Positions 1-13,744 of a DNA stretch of 64,000 nucleotides are shown in pieces; within the stretch, counting starts at the first letter, position 1; each line of letters starts with the position of its first letter. The notes under the pieces were generated by a model. That model saw nothing but the letters and a program-made list of their open reading frames with translations, was not told the origin of the DNA and did no database searches. The stretch is from Eledone cirrhosa. Taxonomy: Eukaryota. The DNA lies in assembly GCA_964016885.1 (NCBI GenBank), contig OZ024740.1, forward strand, positions 152,644,001-152,708,000, read 5' to 3'. The position numbers and the translations under genes are program-made.

Positions 1-1469
1 TTGATTCAATCTAAGCTTTTTGGAAAAATATGTATTCGAATACTGTGATGTATAAGACAGTTGAATAGATGATACCTTTAATTCGAAAGCCAAGCCTTAT
101 GTTTGGGAATTACATTAATGGCAAACGTGTCTTTGGAATACTCAGCCATTTACATGTTAATTTAATGGCTCATCATCAAAACTGATGAAGGATCCCGCAG
201 TTTCTTTCATTTTCAACCTTCATAAAACAATTATACCCGCAACGTGCCAGTCTGAATTTAGTTCTCTGTATCCTTTCACTGAGAGCTTCTTTATACTTAA
301 GTTGATAAAGTGTAGAACTGTCAACTGAGGTAAAGGCAACACAAGAACAACTGAGTCCTTGAATTAATTTCATCCAGTTAATATATCAGTTCTCCGTTAA
401 ACTTTCATTTAACTGTAATTTTTAAGGAGTAAATCAAATACTTTTGTGTTGGTGGTAGTGGTGAAGTTATTCCAGATATTTCAAGTCAAAGATATCAACA
501 GTCTTTACTGACAAATATGTAAGCATGTAACACTATGTATTATAGATCTGAGATGTGTGTGAACGTATGCGTTTGAGTTTGTGTGTGAGTGTGTATGTCT
601 GTGCTTGTGAATGCGCATGTGCTTATGCACCTGAGTTTATGTGGATGTGTGTTTAGACAATGAAAGAAAAACAGGAACAATGGGAGAGGGTGAAGATAAA
701 GTGTGAATGTGAGAAATATAACTTAGAAGGAGACAGATATATAGGGTGACAACGTGACGACACAATGTGAAAATGAATCACGTGAGTTTATCACGTGAGA
801 AAATGGAAAGAGCAGACGACATATCACATGAACATAGTGAGAAGAAAAGAAAATGCATTATTTTGATTTGCGTGTTACTTAGGTTTTACTAGTAGGCCAA
901 ATACGTAATTTAATGATGATATATTAGTAGCGCATTAAATATTAAATAAAATTAAGATTGATATAGTAAAAAGAAAATGGATATAATGCTGATAGGTTGT
1001 TGTGTGAAAAAGAAAAGAGAAACGTATTAATATTTATGCATATTAAATGATTTTAGGTCGACGTTAGTCCTCTGTTTTTAGATGCATATATATTAATGCA
1101 GTGTGTAATGTATATGTGATTATGCATCTGTACGTTTAGGACGGGCAGAAACTATACGAGTGAGAGTGAGTGGAGAAGAGAGAGTGTCATCGATGGGTTA
1201 GTGAGGCGGTGAAAGAAACAGAAACCTGAGACAGAGATAGATATTGACATGATAGATATATAGATAATATGACAATATGACTATAAGTTATAGTAGAGAG
1301 TTGAGATAGTTGACACTTCGAAATTAATGTTTTCTTCGTAGTTAGGTCATGAAATAACACAGGAAGCCAGTATGAAATAATATCCATCCCTGAACCTTGA
1401 ACTCCTTGAACATTTTAAACCTGGCAGAGCACATCTCTCTCCTGCTGGTACACAGAGAATTGTTTGCAG

Positions 1470-1586
<117 letters not shown>

Positions 1587-1969
1587 AGGGAGAGAGTAAA
1601 TTAAGAAAGTAGTGGACTGGTACTTTATTTATCGACAGCCGTAAAGAAGGAAGGCAAAGTTGTCCTAGACAAGAATTGCACTGAAGGTACAGAGAGCTGG
1701 AAGTTGTAAGGCATACCATTCTACGACTGTCAATTCACTGTCTTATACGAATTAATATCAGTTCGTAACATGAGTATCTAGAGAGGGGACAACTATAAGA
1801 GGAATATTGCATAAACGAATCCACTCAGGTTATTTAAGTAACGCCCAGACAATAATAATAATGACTTGTAAAATTCAAACCACCGGTAGATTTTTGGATG
1901 CAAGCGCACTTTTATCATTGTATGTCTGTGTGCATGGCTGCATGTATACATGTCTGTATGAATATATAT

Positions 1970-4940
1970 AATAGCACCACCTGGCGAAGTCTTTCGAATC
2001 ATTTGGACCCCCATGGCCCACTCAAGTAGAGAGTTATTGTTTTCGAAGACATATCCGGTTGTAGGGGGTTTATCCAGAATTTCTTGGAGGAATTTGTCCA
2101 AAGAAGCTTTGAATTTTATGGGATCTGTTTCTATTTTTATGTGTTTTGTTGTAATGTTAAAGAGAGCGGAACTAGTTGAGGTGAAATAATTGTGCCGTAA
2201 TGTTATGAGATGCGAGTTTTGTTGTGGGCGGATAGCATCGTGGCCAAGCCTTAGGTGTATTTTAAAGATGATGCCAACATCATTTGGGCAATGTTGATGG
2301 AATATCTTCCGCATCAAGCAGATAATGTAGCGCTCATAGCGGCATTGGGGAGAGTATAATTTGTGATTTTCTAATCGACTCTAATTGTCAAGGCTTGTCA
2401 TGCAGTCTATCATTTTTGTGATTGACCTTTGATGTTCTTCAATTTTCACTATACTTTGTTTCATGTGAGAAGACGACAGTGGACAACAGTGCTCAAGGTG
2501 GGAAAATGTAGAGAAGGATAATGTTGTGGATATTTCTCGACTGGGAAGTTATGAGAATCCAGGAACACATTCTGTGGACCATGTCAGATTTGTTGTTTAT
2601 ATGAGTAACCCAGCTTAGGTTGTTATCAACAATTCTTCCAGGTCTCTGATGCTGTTCGATGCCACGAGGGTTTCACCTGAGAGAAGAGAATATGATAGTT
2701 TCAGTACACCCTCTTTTCAAAAGTGGATTAGTTCAAATTTATCCTCGTTCAGTAGCATATTGTTGTAGGGGAGGGCCGCCCATTAGATAACACGAGGAGA
2801 TCTGATTGAAGTGCCCGGTCTCTCACACTATTGATGACCTTCTGGAGCTTGGAATCATCTGCAAAGATTCTTATGTTGCTGTGCTGGATGACGTCGATAA
2901 TGCCATTGATATAAATAATGAAGAAAAGTGGGCTCAACACAGTGGGATGCCACTACTGACTTTGGCTGGGTTTGTTTGTACTCCTTCAACAACATGTTGC
3001 GTTCTGTTTGCCAGGACACACTTGATCCATTGTAATAACTTTCCAGAGACACCAATGTTGGATAGGATTTTCAATAGATAGTTGTGATCAACCCTGTCAA
3101 ATGTGTTACTGAAATCAAGGTATATGTCATCAGTATTGGTGCCCTCTCCCAAAGCTCTTAAAATGTCATCAAAGTAATGCAGGTGCGGCGTTAGGCAGTC
3201 CCTTCCATTACGAAACCCATGCTGTTTGGCGTTCAACAGATTGTTGTTTTCCAGAAAGTAAGTTATTCGTGATCTCACCACCCTCTCAAATACCTTAATG
3301 ATATGAGATAATGAGTGAGATCGGTCGGTAATTCACTGCAAAGGACCTGTTTCCCTTTTTGAAAACATGGACAACTGACTGGGACAGAAAATGTTTCAAG
3401 TATATAGCCAGTGTCGAGTGAGTTCCTCCATAGATTAATTAGAGAAGTTAGTTGGTGTCGACACACCTTCAGGACACAAGCAAGGATCCCTACTGCTGAA
3501 TTGTGTTTAATTTCGTTCATTGTCGCTAAAACATCAGGAACGCCTAACGTTATGTCAGATATAGTGTGTTGGGGATTAACATCACTGATACAACCCAGAT
3601 TAGCCATCTCAGCATTACGTAAACAGAGCAGTATTTTTTCTGCAATATCATACCCATGGTTTTAACATTGCCTTGAAGAGTGCTATTTTCATCAATCAGA
3701 GGGCCAGCAGTGGAGACAGTGATTTTGTGTTTTTTTCGCAAATCAAAGGAACACTTTGGGATTGATTTTGATTTTCTCAATGGCCCATTATACCTTTTTG
3801 ATTGGAATAGTGCGATAGCCGTCGAATGTGTGTGTTGTTGGCAGTATTTTAGTTTGTTGATTTTTTTGGGTTTATTCTTTTTATTTTTCTGATAATAGTT
3901 TTTCTGTTTTGGGGGATTCAACACTTAGTTAAGTTCACAGATCGTGTTGGGTTGTATTTTTCACATATAATTGTAACAGTGTCTACAAATATCTGCCAGG
4001 ATGTTTTGATGTTGGTGGAGATGTGTGTGTACGTAAATGACTAGTCAACATGTGATAGGTCGTTAGTGGTTGCATCCCAGTTGGCATTATGAAAATCCAT
4101 GATATCAAACTAGTGGACTGGAGAGAGGTCATTGGGTTTAGCGTTCGACTGGTGGGGTCTCGGGTTACAGAGAACCGGTCTGAGAGAACTGTTATTTTCA
4201 CTGTAATATTGTGTATAATGATGGCGTGGTTACTAAACACTAGGTCGAAAAGGTTTTTCTTATATCTTACTGGTACAAGAACAAGTTGGAACTGGAAAAG
4301 CTCATCCATAAAGTTGAGAAGTCACTCTACTGCTGCTTTGTCAGCGGTTGAGGTGGAAGTGTCTGGTTTCAAACTGTTTGAAGACCAATCACACAGAGTA
4401 GATTGAAGTCTCTCATCAATAGTATGTTACCAGAATGACACTGTTGTATAAAACACTTAATGCTGTTAAGGCATTCTTTGAAATACAGTATGGCCGTTTG
4501 GGGTAGCCTACCACGTCCAACTACTATCAAATTATTGTCATTATTGTGCACAGTGACCGATTCACTGTAGCCATTGATGAATAAGATATTTCCGCCTATT
4601 GTAAAGGAATCATGCAGAAAATTAGCAGTTCCTCTCTTCCTTCTGCCGACACGATCCGCGCGGGTAGTCGTAACATTCTTCAACTTCACTTCGGCTTTCA
4701 AGTGGGAGTTGTTGTAATGGGTATCTGTTAGAATGAAGAAAGGAGTGTGGTGTGGATGTTTGCCAACCCAATCCTCAACGAATTAGACCTTACATTTTTG
4801 TGCGTTGAGGGAAGGGCTGACACCTTGTACATTGATTAGAAATGTTGAGGCTAGAGTAATGACTAGCTTTGACTGTTTCAGGGGGCGTCCAGTTAGCCTT
4901 TTTGGAAAAGGTTGAAGTTAGTGGTAGAGGCACCGGCTTA
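1970..4940 (-). mobile_element. Decayed CR1/Jockey-group LINE ORF2 (APE endonuclease + RT), frameshifted
   Basis: Minus-strand fragments KQHGFRNGRDC, IYLDFSNTFDRVDH, LSPLFFIIYIN, RIFADDSKL and C-terminal FKASLDKFLQEILDKP; APE-like remnants (LLMRDFNL, FDLVFSN) at 4.2-4.85 kb. Confidence 0.9.
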
Positions 4941-4969
4941 GAAAGATGGCTTAGAAAGAAGGTTTATAT

Positions 4970-5085
4970 ACGTGACTGAGTGGTTAGAGAATTGGATTCG
5001 CAATTGCGAGGTTGAGTTCGATTCCTGGACCGGCTGATGCGTTATGTCCTTCGGCAAGACACTTTATTTCACGTTGCTCCTTCTA
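4970..5085 (+). mobile_element. tRNA-derived SINE head fragment
   Basis: A-box-like TGACTGAGTGGTTAG and B-box-like GTTCGATTCC, followed by TGTCCTTCGGCAAGACACTTTATTTCACGTTGCTCC; related minus-strand copy at about 52440-52730. Confidence 0.6.
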
Positions 5086-5211
5086 CTTGGAGTTGCGACT
5101 GATAGATAGTATTAGCAATTGGAAAGACCAATGGAAACGTTCTTTCCTCGGTCCGATTTGGCGAAATTCGATCGACTGACGATATATATATAATTAACTC
5201 GATATATATTA

Positions 5212-6351
5212 AATGAACTCAAAGAGATTTCCTCCAAACTTACAATTTTGACCAACAAAGTGGACCAAATACATATCTATATAAAAAAAGGACCCCATGA
5301 AGAAGCAGAAAATACCCAAGAGACGAATATTACTCCAGCATTAACTAAACTAATCGAAACCATTGAAACAGCAATGCTCCAAAAGCTGGAACAACCATTA
5401 GAACCCAATCTACGAGATGTCCATTCAGTGAAAAACACCCTAATCAATATATGGACTCAAAAGCTCACAGCCCGCAAATTCGCCTTTTGGAATCTCCTAA
5501 AAAATAATGGCAAGGCAGACATATATGAAAAGTGGCTAAACTCTACCCCAATAATCCTCCAAAAAAATCTCCAAATAAAACCCATCCCAAATGAACCAGA
5601 AAACCAACAAAAACTTAAGGAAAAGATGGCGTTAGAAAAGTTTAAAATAGAAATAGAACTGTTGCGGTTAAGAGCCAACCCCAGCGAAGAAAAATTCAAG
5701 TCACTCAACCAACAGATGGAAACAAAGATCTCAAGGCACTATGAAAACACCTTAAAACTTTGGAAAGAAAATTGTGAGGATGAAAAACTAACATCCCTCC
5801 AGCGATGGGGAAAAAACGCTACCTGGTTCAACAACTACGAAATGGATTTCAAAAATGAACAACATACAGGTAACCCATTTTTAAAACAAACTAAAACTCA
5901 CACACCACACGCACAATAAATAACTAAAAAAGTTACAAAACGTCCAACATACCCCCAGCAAAACTATGACGATAATCCCAGAACCCATAGACAAAACTAT
6001 AACCCAACTAACAAAAACCGAATGTCCCCCAACACAAGACAGGACCAGATCCGCAGATCACAACCCACACAAAACCTATTCCAAAACCGTAAACCCCAAC
6101 CCACACAGAACCTGTTCCAAAATCGTAGATCCCAACCCACACAAAGGAACAAAATCTACAACCCGGACCATCAACAAACCGAACCTCAATACGTCCGAAA
6201 CTTCTATACAAGACCACACAACAACAGGGGAAAGGCCATTAGATATAATAATACCCATGAAAAAACAATTCAGAAAAATCATTTTTTAGACCAAGGCTAC
6301 AGGCCCCACGACACCCGGTGGCACAAACCGATTTTGAAAAGCCGAAAATAA
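5212..6351 (+). pseudogene. PLE ORF1 (charged, probably helical N-half; Q/N/P/T-rich C-half) with one in-frame stop at 5917-5919; 5'-truncated
   Basis: ORFs 5248-5919 and 6022-6351 are in the same frame and the spacer between them is open; 36-bp internal repeat encoding SQPTQNLFQNR. Confidence 0.7.
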
Positions 6352-8549
6352 TCAACCTTTCAAATACAAACTTCTCAGTCCAACAAATTAAAATTCTCTC
6401 CAAAGGACTGAAATTCACACAACACCACAATACTCTAACCTCAATAAAATAAATGACGATATCTCACACTTCTGTAGAAAGTTACGTCTCACAGAGGAAT
6501 TTTTTGATAAGGAGAATAACGACCAATCAATTGTACGAAATAAAAGCAGTTACAACCCAACAAAAGGTAGAAACATAGTTCTGGACAAATTTTGTGACCA
6601 CATAGAAACTTTCCCATACCATGAACTACCGCAACCTAAACCCAAACCCAACACGGGTCGAAGGGAATGGGAGATTATCCATGAACTAAAAAACAATACG
6701 GACATTATAATTAAGGAAGCGGACAAGGGAAGTACTGTCGTCATTATGGATGCTGAACAATATAAAAATTCTATGTTCTCTCTTACAAAATACTAACTAC
6801 TATGAAAGAGTAAAAAACTACCAGCAATCAAAAACGATGACCAGATTAAACACATTCATTCGTCGATACCAGGAAGACTTAACTAAAAAGGAACGCGATT
6901 ACTTAACACATTTTGAATACGAAACCAGCAACCTTTACGGACTTCCGAAGATCCACAAGTGTAAAATAATTATTGATGCCTGTAAACAATTCACCTGAAC
7001 CTGCGTGAACACACAATACCCCACAGATCTTAAATTAAGACCAATTGTAGCGAGCCCACAATGTGAAACACACAGACTAAGCAACTTTATATACATACTA
7101 CTGAAACCAATTCTCAAACACATACCAAGCCTTGTAAGAGACGATCTGGACCTCTTAAACCACCTCCCCAAACATGTCAACACAACGATCCCACACCAAT
7201 ACGGACTAGAAGCAATAGGATTCTGGCTAGAGAAATATCCCAATGAGATACCTGACAGAATAGAAAAAAGCTTCATCACCGAGGGATTCAAAATTGTTTT
7301 ACAGAACAACTTTTTTGATTTCGATGGCAGTACTTACAAGCAAATATCGGGGACTGCGATGGGTACAAAAGCTGCTCCAACTTATGCCAACTTAGTCATG
7401 GCATACTTGGAAGTCCAGATATATGAACAGTCCAAATCAAAATACGGATTGAACTTCCACAAATATTTATCAGAGAATTGGAAACGCTACTTGGATGATT
7501 GTTTCATTCTTTCGTCTCATACACTCGCTCGACCAACTAAATGATTTCAAAAATTTAATTAACGGCATCAATTCACAGTTGAATATAGCCAAGATCAACT
7601 CCCATTTCTGGACATCTTAATCTTAAAAAAAGACACAAATATTGAAACTGACATACACTACAAACCAACAGATTCCAAACAATAGCTGCTATTCACCTCC
7701 AACCATCCAAAGCACACGAAGACGAACATCCCTTTTAACCTAGCAAGAAGAATTTGCACAATTGTCTCCAATTATGAAACACGAAATAAATGACTTCAAG
7801 AATTAAAAGAAATTCTACTCAAAAGAAATTCTACTCAAAAGATAGTATCCACCATTACTAATAAATAGTGGAATAGAAAGGGCTAAAGCAATAGGCATTG
7901 ATGAATTACGAAAACAGAAACATATTCAAGGTACGTCCAATATTCTATCATATATCTCAACACACAACCCAAGAAATGTGGAAGCTTACAACACTATTCA
8001 CAAGAACATCCAACTATTGAAACAAGACCCAAGAATGAAAAAGGCCCTTGAAACGCACAAAATAATCAAAAGCAAAAGACAACCAAAATCACTAAAAACA
8101 TTACTCACCAATGCCAATTAGCTACCACAAACCCACAACCAACTGTCAAAAAATGTGGTCGCTCTAATTGTGGAACCTGCACTCACCTCATTGAAGGCAA
8201 CACGTATACATTTCAATCAGGATAAAATTTTGCTGTAAAATATCACTTCACTTGCTCATCAAAAAAATCTATTTTATACCATTAAATGTAAAGGCTGAAA
8301 TGAAGATTATATAGGTCAAACTAAACTCACATTCAAAAACATAATGACAGTTCATCGCCAACAATTACGAGATCCAACCGCGAGACAGATACCACTAAGT
8401 GCATATCTAGACATATGCGCAAGTAATAAGACACCCAAATTCCAAGTATCCCATTTTATCTTTGCGCTGACAATACAACAGAACAAATACGAATAAATAA
8501 GGAAAATATGTTTATTCAAAAATATAGACCAGCATTAAATATAGTTTAA
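6283..8549 (+). pseudogene. PLE ORF2 reverse transcriptase + GIY-YIG endonuclease (several frameshifts/stops)
   Basis: Motifs as listed for the element; ORF-track pieces 6750-6998 and 7005-7544. Confidence 0.9.
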
Positions 8550-9014
8550 TATACATTATGTCAACACCATAACATGCTAACCATCCAAACAGACACATAC
8601 ACACACACACACACACACACATAACACCTTCTACTTTAGAAAATAAAAACCAGAACTAAATAAACCTTAACATACTTTAATAATCTAACACCTTAACATG
8701 CTAAACCCCCTACCCACACACACATACACACACACACATAACACCCATACACACACACATACAACTCCCTCCCCCATTTCTACTAATAGAATCATCTTCC
8801 TACACACACACACACAAGCACACACACACACAAGCACACAAATAAACATACATATCTCTACTTTCTTTATTTCAATAAGTCTGAATTCTGACACCCCAGC
8901 GCACCAGCCATATTCACTGAACCAGAACAATTCTCCACATCCAATTTTTCTTGACCATTATCTTTTGTTTGACACAAAATTCTCTAAATGGCTATTAAAA
9001 AATTCCAAAATATG

Positions 9015-9360
9015 GGCGCGAAATTTAATGTACTTGTTCACGTGACAGTCATAATTTCATTTATAACCAATGAAATAACATTTAAAAAAAGCCTTCGTGA
9101 GCCACCTTTTTTTTAAGTAAAAAGAAATTCAAACACAAACAGGCGCGAAAGCTGATGTGCTTATTCACGTGACTGCATCAACCAACCAAACTTCACTCAT
9201 ATATGAAAAAACAATCTGAGCCCCCCCCCCCCTCCTCCTGTTTGAAGGCAAATATAATAAGAACTTTGTAACGCGAACTGGCGCAAAATTTATTATACTT
9301 ATTCACCAACCAACCAAATTACTTCTCTAAAAACCTGGCATTTCGAGCCACTTTTTTCCT
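9015..9360 (+). promoter_or_regulatory. Three ~130-bp imperfect repeats carrying an E2F-like GGCGCGAAA and a CACGTG E-box in the PLE 3' region
   Basis: GGCGCGAAA at 9015 and 9142, GGCGCAAAA at 9280; CACGTG at 9039 and 9166; each unit ends GAGCC. Confidence 0.4.
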
Positions 9361-9417
9361 TATAAAACAGAAGTAACATTCAAAGACCAACCAGATGTGA
9401 GAAAAATCACAATTCTA

Positions 9418-9453
9418 CTTTTGAAAAGCAGAAGAACTGCGAAACCGGTAAAG
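9418..9453 (+). ncRNA. Minimal type I hammerhead ribozyme (U3-A8 variant) at PLE 3' end
   Basis: CTT-TTGAAAA-GCAG aagaa CTGC-GAAACCGGTA-AAG; palindromic stem III ACCGGT, GUA triplet. Confidence 0.7.
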
Positions 9454-9519
9454 GAACCAAATAAATATATATTTTTTTAAAAAAAGACTCCAGTTGCATT
9501 TTCGATTTCATCTTTTTTT

Positions 9520-9639
<120 letters not shown>

Positions 9640-9641
9640 TG

Positions 9642-10500
9642 CGAGGTGGGTCAGAAATGTTCCAGGACTGATGTCACAAAAGATTTATTTCAAACCCAAA
9701 CTTCACACTAAGAGTTTTCTCCTTCAAAGTAATACCCCTGGAGTATGTAACTGTAATCTTAGCTCTCTGCAGCGATCAAACTTTTTTCTTCATAATTTGA
9801 TATACATGTCCTCTGTTTCAGGTCATCAAGCAATGAGCACAGAGCAGCGAACAAACTTGAAAACTCCGTCAGAAGCACTGGGATTGCTGCACCAAGTGTA
9901 TGGAGATGAGACGATGTCACGCACACGTGTTTTGAGTGGTGCAAGAGGTTTAAAGAAGGACGCGAGGACGTGCGAGATGAGGTCAGTGTTGGACGCGTCA
10001 GGCCGATGGTGCGTAGCAATAGTCGGCTGACTGTTCGACTGATGGCAAATGAGCTGGGCATGAATCGGGACAGCGTCTGGAAGATTCTCACTGAAGATTT
10101 AGACATGCGGAAAGTCTGCGCGAAGATGGTGTCAAATCTGTTGAACGATGACCAGAAGGGTCAACGCTTGCAAGTGTGCCAAGACATCCTCGAGCGTCTT
10201 GAAACCGAACCAGACTTGCTAGGTACAGTCATCACCGGTGACGATTCATGGATCTTCGAGTACGACCCGGAGGGGACCCGTTTTGAAGACGTGGACGACA
10301 TCAAAAAGGCCGTGACGACGGAACTGAGGAGGATACCGGAAGAATCCTTCCAGGAGTGCATGCAAGCGTGGCAGAAAAGGGTGGAAGAGTGCATTAGACT
10401 CCAGGGGGATTACTTTGAAGGAGAAAACTCTTAGTCTGAAGTTTGGGTTTGAAATAAATCTTTTGTGACATCAGTCCTGGAACTTTTCTGACCCACCTCG
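9642..10500 (+). mobile_element. Internally deleted mariner transposon with ~103-bp inverted repeats
   Basis: TIR CGAGGTGGGTCAGAAA.. / ..TTTCTGACCCACCTCG followed by TA; transposase pieces (HTH region, KMVSNLL, ITGDDSWIFEYDPE fused to GTRFED...QGDYFEG). Confidence 0.93.
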
Positions 10501-10626
10501 TATATATGTATATATATATATATATGGGACCGTGCTTGTTTAAGTGCATATATGAGAGTATGTAAATGTGCATGTTAAACAGCTTTGATGTAAATATATT
10601 TTATTTTATTCTTATATACTTGCTGC

Positions 10627-10715
10627 TATCACTCTATGTTTCACTGCCGATCAGCTCGAGAAACGATGGAATAGTTTTCGTTCCTGACTCTGGAATCAGG
10701 AGTTCCTCAGATATG
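10627..10715 (-). ncRNA. Degenerate HHR of the same family as 50372-50462
   Basis: Minus strand CATAT-CTGAGGA-ACTCCTGATTCCAGAGTCAGG...AGT-GAAAC aligns with the 50372 copy. Confidence 0.45.
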
Positions 10716-10839
10716 TGTTCTCAGATGTAGACGCACGTACAAATATTGTTGAATTGTTAAAAACCTGATTCGTTATTTTTGGCAGCCTAAATAACGAATC
10801 GAGTGTTTTTCAACAACATTTGGTCGTTTTCAACAACAT

Positions 10840-11071
10840 TCTGATTTCAAATCCCGCCGAGGTTAACTTTGCTTTTCATCCTTACGGGGTCGATGAAATA
10901 AAGTACCAGTAATGTACTGGGTAATTGCTGGCCTTGTGCCAAAAGTAGAAACAATTATTATTATTATAATCCCGCCGAGGTTAACTTTGCCTTTCATCCT
11001 TACGGGGTCGATAAAATAAAGTACCAGTAATGCACTGGGTAATTGCTGGCCTTGTGCCAAAAGTAGAAACA

Positions 11072-11075
<4 letters not shown>
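10840..11075 (+). mobile_element. Two tandem truncated copies of the dominant SINE family, with (ATT)n tails
   Basis: CCCGCCGAGGTTAACTTTGCCTTTCATCCTTACGGGGTCGATAAAATAAAGTACCAG core. Confidence 0.85.
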
Positions 11076-11117
<42 letters not shown>

Positions 11118-11899
11118 GGGAGAGAGAGCGAGAGAGTGTATATCTATGTGTATCTATGTGTATGTATGTGTGTATGCGTGTATCTGTATATATGTATGTA
11201 CGTATGTATGTATGTATGTATGTATGTATGTATGTATGTATGTATGTATGTATGTATACAACATCCTTCAGCAGTTTCCGTCAACTAAATTCCACTCAAC
11301 CCGAGTCCATAAACCCACCTTCTATCTGTATATATTTATACTTTTGAAATAGTACTATTAGAAAATCATTCAACTCCTTAGGAACAGCCCTATAGCACAA
11401 ATTATGCCAAACATGATTTCTATTTTGTGAGAACTACCAAAGCTAAATATCCTAATCCCTGAACAAACAATAACAGGTGCCTTCTCAAGATCTTAATCTT
11501 CTATAGCTTATTAAGCATCTTTCCCAGAAACAAGATTGCTATTTCTAATTTTCACTAGTCAACACATAGTACCCACTTTGGAATGGTGGGGAAAGCTGGT
11601 ATTTCATCACATATGATAGGCACAAAACCTTGAGAGAGACTGATGAACGTTTTGTTCTGGTGGAGTACAAGAGCCAAGAATAGCTGTGAGCAATTAAATC
11701 CCCTAAAATGATGAGGTCAGCCAGTGATGAGGTGAGGCGCATTCAGGCATTCAGAACAAGATGATAGTAGTCGGTGTAATGACTTGGAGTTTGGAGACTG
11801 TAAAGACAGCAAATGAACACAGAGAAAGTATTTTAATAATTTCTCACCGATAGAGAGAGAGAGGGAGAATGAGAGAGGAAAATTGGGGAGAGAGACAAA

Positions 11900-13430
11900 G
11901 CTGGTTCCTGACACAGAGACAAGACTCTGTCATTAGAATTTAGACAATATCAACTAGTTAATAGAGTATGTATGCCTGTATGTGCTTGCGTTTATGTGCA
12001 GTTATGGATGTCATTGGATATGTAAATGTGTCGTGAGACATATACCTATACATATGTTTCCATATGTATGTTCTTCTGGTTTTATAATTCCACAATTTTT
12101 TGCCAATAGAGTCGGTTTCTAACATAGACACAAGACTCTCTCATTGGAATTTACACAGCATCAACTAGGTAGATATGTATGCATGTCTGCATTCATGCCT
12201 GTGTGTGCAGGTATGAATGTTACTGTATGTGTGGATGTGGATGTTTTGAGTTGTATGTGTGCATGTGCATATGCTTTGTATATGTACATGTGTATATGCA
12301 GTTATTAGATGCAGCATTTGGGGAATGTTTTACATATTTTTACTGTTCCATTAATGGAATGTACTTGTAATTTCCTAACTAGTCGTGTTCTTTCTGTTTC
12401 TGTGAAGCCCAGCTTCTCGAAATTTGTATTGAGGCAGTTACTAACATACCCCAGTGCCCCAATAATCACAGGCATAAATCTGAAGGTATAGTCAGGGTGG
12501 AGTATCTGCAGATTTTTCATCAGTTCTACATAAATATTCTCCTATTCACTAATCTTTGATATTATATTCACATCTGCTGGGCAGCTAATTTCCACTACTT
12601 ATTTTCCCTGTCCCATATCCTTATATCTGGTCAGTTATGTTTGCATTTTATTGGAGTTTTTATTGGAACATTCCACCAGTACTCTTTCATATTATGTATA
12701 TGGATGTCTTCCACATTGCTGTAGCTTTTAATGTGTTTATTATCGGAGCTATCTTTTCTACGGATTGCATTGTACAGTGTTTTGGCCACTACATCATGCC
12801 TCATAGGTAGATAGTACCGCGATGACATCTTTAGACAGTTGCTTATGACATGGGTGACATCTTCGATGTTAATTCTGCAGTCTGCACTTGTTGTCACATC
12901 TAGATGTTTTGCCTGCATCCCTATCTCTTTTGTGAATCAGGTATTTCGTGTTGATTTCCTGTTCTTGGATTGCAAAAGCGTATCTTTCAAAGTTGGAGCC
13001 AATATAGCGATTGTTGGTCCAAGATAGACTACTTTCCTTATCTATATTACTCTCACTCTGGAGCTTCCGGGCAACATATCGAGGCATAATTTTTTTGCTG
13101 ATAAGCATGCAGTTTTACATCCATGGATTCACTGCGGTACTGCTGGACAACTTCCCTGGGTGTGAGTTTTTGATTATCACGCAGGGAATATCTTTCAAGG
13201 AGTTCCTTCCCAACTCTCATGATCTGTCTCGTGCAGATAGACTTGCTCGATAGACGGGCACCTACGCTTCGAGGTTCGTAAATGTTGTCGGAGGGATATG
13301 ATGCGACACTCAAATGTTGTCTGAACTGATGTTAGGCCTCTGTCTCCCTGCTTACGTTTCAAGTAGAGGCGGTCTATGTCACTGTTGATGTGGAAGTTTT
13401 CGGTGTTGTTTAGTATTTTTAGAATACTAC
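11900..13430 (-). mobile_element. R4/Dong-like non-LTR retrotransposon 3' fragment (zinc knuckle + restriction-like endonuclease)
   Basis: DIDRLYLKRKQGDRGL, FAIQEQEINTKY, KCRL..EDVTHVISNC..MRHDVVAK, PDIRIWDRE, PVIIGALGYV. Confidence 0.82.
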
Positions 13431-13744
13431 TGGTTTAGTATTTTTAGAATACTACTGGTTTGCTCCAGTAATAATCAGGAGCTGATTATACAGAGCGATT
13501 ACCGGTCCAGCAAAAATTAGGTATTAGGATTGGTGCTCTGAAATACCGATGTATACATGAATGTATGTATAGTATATTTGGCATCAGCTCCTGATTATTA
13601 CTGGAATTCTATAAGAATACAGTTTCTATAATTTTCGGCGAAAGCAGGGGAATATATATATGAAGTGGAAATAGCACGGAAAATATATTTTAGGATCTGT
13701 TTTTTCTTTTTTTTTTCCTTTCTTTGATTCGTCAAAGTGACAGT

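Noticed and set aside
176-373. 65-aa ORF and CTGATGA at 182
   Set aside because: No recognisable protein motif; no stem II/GAAA/NUH arrangement for an HHR
4970-5035. tRNA gene
   Set aside because: A/B boxes are present but there is no complete cloverleaf, and the sequence continues into a SINE body
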